Source: Armatimonadota bacterium (GTDB lineage: Bacteria > Armatimonadota > UBA10988). Taken from it: DNA of 24,413 nucleotides. Where the stretch lies: positions 1-24,413 of the forward strand of contig JACRKZ010000066.1 in the NCBI GenBank assembly GCA_016235455.1, written 5' to 3'. Shown here piece after piece: positions 8,700 to 15,847 of the stretch (its first letter is position 1; every line of letters starts with the position of its first letter). A model generated the notes under the pieces. That model was not told the origin of the DNA. It ran no database searches and saw only the letters and a list, made by a program, of their open reading frames with translations. The position numbers were made by a program, and so were the translations under genes.

Positions 8700-9668
8700 A
8701 TGCGCAGGCTGATACCCGTCGTCCCCCTGGCCGCCTGCTGCCTGTCGCTGGGCGCCTGGGGCCACTTGTGCAACAACATCTACCGCACGCCCGACCGCGT
8801 CATCGTCAAGCCGGAGAAGCAGGTCACCACCGTCGACCAGAGCGAGCGGTTCCGCGTCTTCGTGCAGAACAACTACCCCACCCGACTGACCAAGCTGCGG
8901 CTGGGCGCCCAGGCCGGCGGCGGCATACAGGTCGCCATCGAGCCGGCCGAGTTCGCCCAGCTCAAAGCCGGTGAACGCGTGGCCTTCACGCTGAACCTGA
9001 CCGTCCCGCCCGGCACGCCGCGCGGCACGCAGACGCTGCGCATGGCCGTCGCCGCCAACGAGATTGGATTCCGGCCGGCCGAGCAGCCCACGGTGGCGCA
9101 GTTGCGACAAGCGGCGGGCGACGACAACAGCTCGCCCAAGGTACTGGCCGCCGAATCGCTCATGCGACTGGGCGACCCGACGGGCACCCAGGTGCTCACG
9201 CAGATGGCCAGCGCGGGCGACCGCGACTATGGCACACGTGCGTTGCGCGCCATCGGCAAGTCCGGCGACAAGAACCAGATCCCCTTCCTGCGCAGCGCGC
9301 TACGCAGTCGCGACGGCTCGCTGCGCGGCACGGCGCTGCTGTCGCTGGGCCTGCTGGGCGACGGCAAGAGCACCTTCGTGGCCATGGCCGCCGACCGCGA
9401 CGAGTATGTCAAGGCCTGTGCCTGGGCCGGTTGGTACCTGTCGGGCGAGCACTCCAAAGCGGTCGAGGACGCCGTGCGCGGCGGGCTGACCTCGGACAAT
9501 GTCTACGTGCGCATCGCCTCGGGCTGGGCGCTGGCCAGCAACCGCGACATCGCCGGCATCAAGGCGCTGGACGAGGCGTTCGCCACCGACGATGTGATGC
9601 AGCGTGTGAGCGCCGGCGATGCCATGGTCGACATCGCCAACCGGCCCAACCAGGACCCGCCCAAGTGA
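8700..9668 (+). CDS. Exported protein: mature N-terminal HLCNN motif, Ig-like domain and HEAT/PBS-lyase-like repeats
   Basis: GGAG RBS at 8690. Signal peptide ending AWG|HLC. LKAGERVAFTLNLTVPPGTPRG resembles NEW3/CARDB Ig-like domains. HEAT-like units ALRAIGK, LRGTALLSLGLLG and VRIASGWALA. Confidence 0.8.
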   Translation: MRRLIPVVPLAACCLSLGAWGHLCNNIYRTPDRVIVKPEKQVTTVDQSERFRVFVQNNYPTRLTKLRLGAQAGGGIQVAIEPAEFAQLKAGERVAFTLNLTVPPGTPRGTQTLRMAVAANEIGFRPAEQPTVAQLRQAAGDDNSSPKVLAAESLMRLGDPTGTQVLTQMASAGDRDYGTRALRAIGKSGDKNQIPFLRSALRSRDGSLRGTALLSLGLLGDGKSTFVAMAADRDEYVKACAWAGWYLSGEHSKAVEDAVRGGLTSDNVYVRIASGWALASNRDIAGIKALDEAFATDDVMQRVSAGDAMVDIANRPNQDPPK

Positions 9669-9675
9669 CCCGCCC

Positions 9676-10293
9676 ATGCTGAGCGCCGTCCTACAAGGCT
9701 GGATCCTGGGTCTGGGTACCGGGCTGCTCTGCGCTGCCTCGTGCCTGCCCGTCATGCTGCCCTTCATGGTCGCCGCGGGCAGTGGCCAGGCCAGGAACGC
9801 TGGGCGCTCGCTCGGCGAGTTCCTGCTGGGCCGACTCGCCGCCTATCTGCTGCTGGGCCTGCTGGCCGGCCTGGCCGGTCAGCAGCTCCAGGGCAGTCCG
9901 CTGGCCATACATCTGCTCGGCCTGGCCACACTGCTGCTCGGCGGCTTGCTGCTGGCCAACGGCATCGGCCGCAGCTTCCCCGAAGCCCGGCCCTGCGCGG
10001 CGCTCTGCGGCTCGCGGGTGGGCCGGCGCGTGCCCTTGGCGGCGGGGTTCGTCATGGGCCTGTCGCCCTGCGCGCCGCTGCTGGCCGCCCTGGCCGGCGC
10101 CGCGGAGCGCGGGCCGCTGGGGGCCTTGGCGCTCATGGTATCGTTCTTTGTGGCCAGCTCCTGGGCGCTGCTGCCGTTGGTCGGCGCCTATCTGCCGGCG
10201 CGGCGCGAGCGGCTGCGCGGCATGGCCGAGGTGGCCCTGGTCTTTGCCGGGCTGGCGTTTATGGTGCAGGGCGGCCTGCTGCTCCTGCGATGA
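9676..10293 (+). CDS. DsbD_2 / TauE-SafE-like (cytochrome c biogenesis-type) membrane protein
   Basis: About 6 hydrophobic helices. GLLCAASCLP (CxxxC), FLLGRLAAYLLLG and GLSPCAPL motifs. Confidence 0.8.
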   Translation: MLSAVLQGWILGLGTGLLCAASCLPVMLPFMVAAGSGQARNAGRSLGEFLLGRLAAYLLLGLLAGLAGQQLQGSPLAIHLLGLATLLLGGLLLANGIGRSFPEARPCAALCGSRVGRRVPLAAGFVMGLSPCAPLLAALAGAAERGPLGALALMVSFFVASSWALLPLVGAYLPARRERLRGMAEVALVFAGLAFMVQGGLLLLR

Positions 10294-10306
10294 GGTACCC
10301 GCTGAC

Positions 10307-11302
10307 ATGACCGTGACACGCAAGATCACCCTCACCCGGCGCGCGGTGCAGATCGTCTGCTTCGTGCTGCTGATGTACGGCGGGTTCCTGTGGGCGCCGG
10401 TGGGCGGCCCGCTGGGCAAGATCCCTGGCGGCTCGCCGCGCACCACGACCTATGCGCGCGATCGCATCCTGTGGGTCTCGGGCAAGGAGTCGGTCATCGA
10501 CTTCTACGTGCCGTTCCTGTCGTGCCGGTTCACGGCCAAGGGCGGCCTGTTCAAGTCGTGCTCGGTGCACTTCTTCTCCGAGAACTTCACCTGGCGCACC
10601 AGCCTCAAGCTGATGATGCCGCACATCCTGTTCCTCGTGACGCTGATGGTGCTGGCCGGGCGGTTCTGGTGCGGGTGGTTCTGTCCACTCGGCGCCATCA
10701 TGGACTTCATGACCTGGATCAGGCGCTTAGCCGGCTGGCCTAGACGTTACCTCAGCCCAGCCTGGCAGCGCTTCCTGACCAACACCGGCCATGTCGTGCT
10801 GTGGGTGTGCATCGCCGTGGCCATCCTCATCTCGTTCCCCTTCCTGGGCACGGGCGCCAACGACTCGCTGTTCCTGCTCTACTGCCAGTTCTGTCCGGCG
10901 CGGCTCATCTATCCGCTGCTGGGCGGCGTCAATCCCTGCTGGTACGACAAGACGACGACCATCACCTACATCCTCAGTTGGTGCGGCTGGGCCACGCTGG
11001 CGGTGTTCTTCCTGGGCATCTGGTTCCCCCGGTTCTGGTGCCGCGTCTGCGCCATCGGCACGCTCAGCGGCTACTTCAACCGCGGCTCGCTGCTGTCGTT
11101 GGACAAGAAGGCCCGAGCCTGCACCTCGTGCGGCACCTGCGCGCGCAACTGCCCGGTCGATATCGAGGCCGTCTACCGCGACCGGCGCGGCAACATCGTC
11201 ACCGACCCACGCTGCCAGCTGTGTCTCCAGTGCCTTGAGGACTGTCCCGAAGAGGGCTGCCTCGAGGTCAAGTTCCTCGGCAAACGGATCATCTCCTCAT
11301 GA
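10307..11302 (+). CDS. Membrane-bound 4Fe-4S ferredoxin-type protein (NapH/MauN-like)
   Basis: GAGGT RBS before ATG 10307. GRFWCGWFCPLG, CQFCP and RFWCRVCAIG motifs, TM helices, and C-terminal CTSCGTCARNCP and CQLCLQCLEDCP. Confidence 0.9.
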   Translation: MTVTRKITLTRRAVQIVCFVLLMYGGFLWAPVGGPLGKIPGGSPRTTTYARDRILWVSGKESVIDFYVPFLSCRFTAKGGLFKSCSVHFFSENFTWRTSLKLMMPHILFLVTLMVLAGRFWCGWFCPLGAIMDFMTWIRRLAGWPRRYLSPAWQRFLTNTGHVVLWVCIAVAILISFPFLGTGANDSLFLLYCQFCPARLIYPLLGGVNPCWYDKTTTITYILSWCGWATLAVFFLGIWFPRFWCRVCAIGTLSGYFNRGSLLSLDKKARACTSCGTCARNCPVDIEAVYRDRRGNIVTDPRCQLCLQCLEDCPEEGCLEVKFLGKRIISS

Positions 11303-12423
11303 CCAACAGTCTCTCGTACTTCCGCGATATGGTCACCACCGACCGCCGCGCTCGCGAACTCGCCGACGACCCGCGCCGGGTGGTCGGCACGTTCTGCAAC
11401 TTCGTGCCCGAGGAGCTGATCCTCGCGGTCGGCGCGGTGTCGGTCCGGCTCTGTTCGGGTGATGCCGACGCCGCCACCGCCTCGGAGACCATCCTGCCGC
11501 GCGAGGTCTGCTCCGCGGTGCGCGCCACGGCCGGCGCGGTGGCCGGCGGCGCGGGCCTGTATGGCCGCGCCGACCTGCTGGTCATGCCCACGCCGTGCGA
11601 CGGCAAGAAGAAGCTCGGCTCGGTCCTGGCCTCCATTCGCCCCCTGCACGTGCTCGATCTGCCGCCGCGCAAGGACTCGCCCGGCGCCAAGCCCTTCTGG
11701 CGTCAGCAGGTGGGCCTGCTGGCCGAACGGCTCGAAGCGCTCACCGGCCACCGGCTCAAGCGCACCGCCCTGCGCGCCGCCATCGACCTGCTCAACCGCC
11801 GTCAGGCCGCCTATCGCCGGTTCCTGGGGCTGCGCGCACAGGGCTTGGTGGGCGGTGCCGACGGGCTGATGGTGGCGCAGGCCTCGTTCGTCGCCGACCC
11901 CGCGGAGTACACCGATCAGCTCAACCTGCTGTGCGACGAACTGGCCCAGCTGCCTACCAACGGGAAGACCGGCCCGCGGCTGCTGCTCACCGGCGCGCCG
12001 ATCATCTGGCCGAACCACAAGGTCATCGACCTGATCGAGTCAGCCGGCGGCAAGGTCGTGGCCGACGAGCTGTGCTCGGGCACGCAGCGGCTCTATCAGC
12101 CCACGGAGATCCGCGAGAACTCGCTGCCGGAACTGATCGGCGCCGTCGCTGACAAGGTCCTGCTGCCGTGTACCTGTCCCTGCTTCGTCGATGGCACCGA
12201 CCGCATGAACCGATTGCTGGAGCTGGTCGACGAGCATCGGGTGGACGGTGTGGTCTATCACAACCAACGGTTGTGCGCGCTGTTCGACATCGAGTCGATG
12301 GCCGTCGGCCAGGCCCTGCGCGACAAACGAGTGCCGCTGCTTGCCCTGCAGACCGACTTCAGCAAAGAGGACGTCGGCCAACTGCGCAACCGCGTCGATG
12401 CTTTCATGGAGATGATCTCGTGA
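11299..12423 (+). CDS. 2-hydroxyacyl-CoA dehydratase (HGD-D) family protein, double-cubane-cluster (DCCP)-like reductase
   Basis: GTFCNFVPEELI, LPREVC, PCDGKKK, ADELCSG, CTCPCF, RLCALFDIE and QTDFS..DVGQLRNRVDAFMEMI. Single subunit with two Cys triads. ATGA overlap with the upstream gene. Confidence 0.85.
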   Translation: MTNSLSYFRDMVTTDRRARELADDPRRVVGTFCNFVPEELILAVGAVSVRLCSGDADAATASETILPREVCSAVRATAGAVAGGAGLYGRADLLVMPTPCDGKKKLGSVLASIRPLHVLDLPPRKDSPGAKPFWRQQVGLLAERLEALTGHRLKRTALRAAIDLLNRRQAAYRRFLGLRAQGLVGGADGLMVAQASFVADPAEYTDQLNLLCDELAQLPTNGKTGPRLLLTGAPIIWPNHKVIDLIESAGGKVVADELCSGTQRLYQPTEIRENSLPELIGAVADKVLLPCTCPCFVDGTDRMNRLLELVDEHRVDGVVYHNQRLCALFDIESMAVGQALRDKRVPLLALQTDFSKEDVGQLRNRVDAFMEMIS

Positions 12424-13208
12424 GTCTCTTCGCCGGTATCGACATCGGTAGCCTGTCCTGCGAGGCAGTCATTCTGGACGGCAACAGCCAGGTCGTGGCC
12501 ACGGCGCAGACGCTCACCGGCGCGCGCAGTGGCGTGGCCATCGAGCGCGCCATGGGCGACGCACTGGCCGCCGCGGGCGTTGGCCGCGAGGAGTTGTCGG
12601 CGCTCGTCGCCACGGGCTACGGTCGCGAGCGCGTCGACGGCCGCAGCCGCGCGGTCACCGAGATCACCTGCCATGCGCGCGGCGCCTATCACCTCTTCCC
12701 CGGCACGCGCCTTCTGATCGACGTGGGCGGCCAGGACTGCAAGGCGGTACGCCTGGGCGACGACGGCCGCGTGATCGACTTCGCCATGAACGACAAGTGC
12801 GCCGCCGGCACCGGCCGCTTCTTCGAGGTGGTGGCGCGCGCGCTGGAGATCGACCTGGACGACTTCGGGCCGCTGGCCTTGCAGGCCACGCGCGTCGTGC
12901 CGCTAAGCACCGTCTGCACGGTCTTCGCCGAGAGCGAGGTGGTCTCGCTGGTGGCCCAGGACGAGCCCACCGCCAACCTCTGCGCGGGCCTCTGCGCGGC
13001 GGCGGCGGAGCGAGTGCGCGCGCTGGTGCAGCGGGTCGGCCCGGCGACCGAAGTCACCGCCACGGGTGGCGGCGCCCTGAACGTGGGGCTGGTCCGGGCC
13101 CTGGAAACCGTGCTCGGCGTGAACATCAACGTGCCCGAGCGCCCGCAACTCGCCGGCGCGCTGGGCGCGGCGCTGCTGGGATTGGAGAGCTGTCATGCGA
13201 CCGTGTAA
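12420..13208 (+). CDS. ATP-dependent [4Fe-4S] activator/electron transferase (HgdC/BcrAD/DCCP-R, ASKHA family)
   Basis: GIDIGS, ATGYGR, TEITCHARGA, DVGGQD, MNDKCAAGTGRF and CTVFAESEV. GTG start overlaps the previous stop (GTGA). Confidence 0.92.
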   Translation: MSLFAGIDIGSLSCEAVILDGNSQVVATAQTLTGARSGVAIERAMGDALAAAGVGREELSALVATGYGRERVDGRSRAVTEITCHARGAYHLFPGTRLLIDVGGQDCKAVRLGDDGRVIDFAMNDKCAAGTGRFFEVVARALEIDLDDFGPLALQATRVVPLSTVCTVFAESEVVSLVAQDEPTANLCAGLCAAAAERVRALVQRVGPATEVTATGGGALNVGLVRALETVLGVNINVPERPQLAGALGAALLGLESCHATV

Positions 13209-13830
13209 GTTGCTCTGGCTTCTGGCCGCCGCGCTGCCGGCGCTAGCCGGCGAGCAGTATGCCACCTGGGACAAGCTCTTCCTCAAGCCCCAGGTGCCCA
13301 TGGTCGCCATCGCGCCCGAGGGCACGGTGACGCTGCTGGCCTATCACCAGTACCCCGCGGCCATGCACAACCTGCGCGCGGCCGCGACCAGCGAGCAACT
13401 GACCCTCACAGTGCGCGCCGTGCCCATGTCGGACAAGACGCTGGTGGGCCGCGATCCCGCCACGCTGGCCGAGATGCCGCCCACCGAAATCCACAGCTTC
13501 GAACTGCACGCCGTGCGCCGCGCAGGCGCCGCCGCCGCGGATGTGGCCAAGGTGACCGTCACCTTCACCGCCGACGAACTGCGCGAGCCGCTGGCCTGGG
13601 ACATGGTTGTACCGCTGAACAAGGCCGGCGAGAAGCAGGCCAATGACCCGCTGACCATGCCCGCGGGCGAGGTGCAGGTGGTCGTTGTGCGCAGCAGCAA
13701 GGCCGTGTTCGCCTATCAGGTCGCCCTATGCCTGCTGCTGCTCGCCTGGTGGTGGCGACGCAAGGCGATGATCGGCTCGCGCGTGGTGCGTGAGAAGCCG
13801 GCCCGCCGCGAGCCGGCTTCTCGACGCTGA
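13195..13830 (+). CDS. Exported, C-terminally membrane-anchored hypothetical protein (Ig-like)
   Basis: Signal peptide MRPCKLLWLLAAALPALA. C-terminal TM AVFAYQVALCLLLLAWWW followed by RRK and a basic tail. Overlaps the activator gene by 14 nt. Confidence 0.75.
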   Translation: MRPCKLLWLLAAALPALAGEQYATWDKLFLKPQVPMVAIAPEGTVTLLAYHQYPAAMHNLRAAATSEQLTLTVRAVPMSDKTLVGRDPATLAEMPPTEIHSFELHAVRRAGAAAADVAKVTVTFTADELREPLAWDMVVPLNKAGEKQANDPLTMPAGEVQVVVVRSSKAVFAYQVALCLLLLAWWWRRKAMIGSRVVREKPARREPASRR

Positions 13831-13832
13831 TC

Positions 13833-14510
13833 CTAGTCGAGCCAGCGCACCTGGCCGCTGCCTAGCTCGTAGACGGCGCCCACCACCCGCGTGTGCCCCG
13901 CCGAGACGGCTTCGGTCATCGGGCCGGCACTGGTGCGGAGCAGCGCCACCGTGCGCTTGACCTGCGCGGTGACGGCGTTGGGCAGCAGGTCGCCGGGCAG
14001 CTTCTTGGCGTCCTCGACAGCGGGCGTAATGGCCTTGACCAGCGCGCCGATACCGCCCTCGGGCGCCGCGCCACCGGCCTGCACACACTCCATCGTGGCC
14101 TTGACCGCGCCGCATTTGCTGTGCCCCATGACCACCACCAACGGCACATGCAGGTGCTCGACGGCATACTCCACCGAACCCAGCGCCACCTGATCGACGA
14201 CTTCGCCCGCCGTGCGCACCACGAACAGGTCACCCAGGCCGAAGTCGAACAGCAGTTCCGGCGGCACCCGCGAGTCCGAGCAGGTGACCACCACCGCAAA
14301 CGGCGTCTGGCCGGCATCGAGCTTGGCCCGCAAGGCCGCGGTCTGGTCCGGGTGCACCGCCCGGCCCGCGGCGAACCGCGCATTCCCCTCCTTGAGCCGA
14401 GCCGCCCCATCCGCGCCGCCGTGGCCGCCAGCCGCCACGCCCAGACCAACCGCAACGAACAGAGCTACGCCTCCGACCGCCCACGTCCGCAACCCAAACC
14501 GACGTCGCAT
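13833..14510 (-). CDS. Beta-class carbonic anhydrase with export signal
   Basis: LKEGNARF, CSDSRVPPE, GDLFVVRTAG, GSVEYAV and MGHSKCGAV Zn-ligand motifs. AAGGAG RBS before ATG 14510. MRRRF plus a hydrophobic stretch. Confidence 0.93.
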   Translation of the reverse strand: MRRRFGLRTWAVGGVALFVAVGLGVAAGGHGGADGAARLKEGNARFAAGRAVHPDQTAALRAKLDAGQTPFAVVVTCSDSRVPPELLFDFGLGDLFVVRTAGEVVDQVALGSVEYAVEHLHVPLVVVMGHSKCGAVKATMECVQAGGAAPEGGIGALVKAITPAVEDAKKLPGDLLPNAVTAQVKRTVALLRTSAGPMTEAVSAGHTRVVGAVYELGSGQVRWLD

Positions 14511-14613
14511 ACCGGTCTCCTTGGCGCCACACAGGGCCACCAGACTAGACATCGGTTGGATGGGCCGCAAGCGATGGCCGCCACGTAACGCGGATGTGGC
14601 CGCCGGGGCCTGG

Positions 14614-15798
14614 TCAGCGCGCTGGCGCTTCGGGCGGGTGCGTTGCCAGCAGCCGCTTGAGCAACGGCGGCGCCAGCACCGAGGTCAGTAGCGACATGGC
14701 GATGATGAGCGCATAGGTGCTGCCGCCGAAGACCCCGGCGCGCTGGCCCAGACTGGCCACGATGATGCCGACTTCGCCGCGCGGGACCATGCCCACACCC
14801 ACGATGAGCGCCGATCGCCGACCCAGGCGACGCGCGCCCAGGCCGCAGCCCAGCAGCTTGCCAGCCACGGCCAGGCCTGTGATCAGCACCAGCGCGCCGA
14901 GCACCGGCCAACTCGCCAGCTGACGCAACTCCACCTGGGCACCCGTGACGACGAAGAAGAACGGGACCAAGAACGCCATGAGTGCCTGCACCTGGTGTTC
15001 CAGCACAGCGCGTTGCTTGGCCTCCGCGGCGACCATGCCGGCCAGGAAGGCGCCAATGATCGCGGCCAGGCCCAGGTAAGCCGCCGCCAGCGCCAGCCCC
15101 AGGCACAGGGCCAGACACAAGCTGAGCGGCGAGTGGGCGCTGATCGGCGCGTCCAGCGCAGCCGACGAGCGGCGCATCACCCGCGTGCCCACCACCGCCA
15201 CCAGCACCACGAAGCCGACCGCCTGCCCGAGCACCAGCAGCAGGCCAGCCACATTGACCCTGCCTCCGCCCTGAATGGCGCTGACCACACCCAGCAGGAG
15301 CATGGCGAGGATATCGTCAATCACCGCGGCACCCAGGATCACACGGCTCTCGAGGCGGTTCAACGCACCCAGCTCGGCCAGTACCCGCGCCGTGATACCG
15401 GCCGATGTGGCCACGAACGCCGCGGCGACGAAGGCAGACTGAGCAGTGCCGAAGCCCGCGGCCAGCGCCCAGGCAGCTCCCAGGATGAACGGCGCCACCA
15501 CGCCGGCCACACCGACCGACAGGGCCGTGCCCCCCACCTCGCGCAGATCGTCCAGACGCGTCTCCAGCCCGACCGAGAAAAGCAGCAGCACGGCACCGAT
15601 CTCGGCCAGCACCGACAGCGGCTCGTTGATGGCCACCCAGCCGAACACGGCCGGGCCGATCAGGCAGCCCGCGGCGATCTCACCGACCACGGCGGGCAGC
15701 TTGAGCCGCTGGGCCAACTCCGCGCCGACCTGGGCAGCGACGAAGACCACGAAAAGGCTGAGCAGGACGTCGGTGGCAGGATGGGCGGATGGGGGCAA
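14614..15798 (-). CDS. Cation:proton antiporter, CPA2 (NapA/KefB-like)
   Basis: PAVVGEIAAG, LLFSVGLE, ATSAGIT, GAAVIDD, IGAFLAG, PFFFV, AGKLLG and GMVPRGEV. Probable TTG start at 15798 after GGAG. Confidence 0.9.
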   Translation of the reverse strand: MPPSAHPATDVLLSLFVVFVAAQVGAELAQRLKLPAVVGEIAAGCLIGPAVFGWVAINEPLSVLAEIGAVLLLFSVGLETRLDDLREVGGTALSVGVAGVVAPFILGAAWALAAGFGTAQSAFVAAAFVATSAGITARVLAELGALNRLESRVILGAAVIDDILAMLLLGVVSAIQGGGRVNVAGLLLVLGQAVGFVVLVAVVGTRVMRRSSAALDAPISAHSPLSLCLALCLGLALAAAYLGLAAIIGAFLAGMVAAEAKQRAVLEHQVQALMAFLVPFFFVVTGAQVELRQLASWPVLGALVLITGLAVAGKLLGCGLGARRLGRRSALIVGVGMVPRGEVGIIVASLGQRAGVFGGSTYALIIAMSLLTSVLAPPLLKRLLATHPPEAPAR

Positions 15799-15847
15799 CG
15801 GTCTCTCCAGGCACGGCCGTTGGGCTCGGGCCGAATGCGGTTGGCGC

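Noticed and set aside
9782-10306. Cys/Trp-rich N-terminal extension of the 506 aa ORF
   Set aside because: Off-frame reading of the Leu-rich DsbD_2 gene; the real start is ATG 10307 with an RBS.
11299-13208. Classical 2-hydroxyglutaryl-CoA dehydratase or benzoyl-CoA reductase
   Set aside because: Only one HGD-D subunit, and no CoA-pathway genes in the window.
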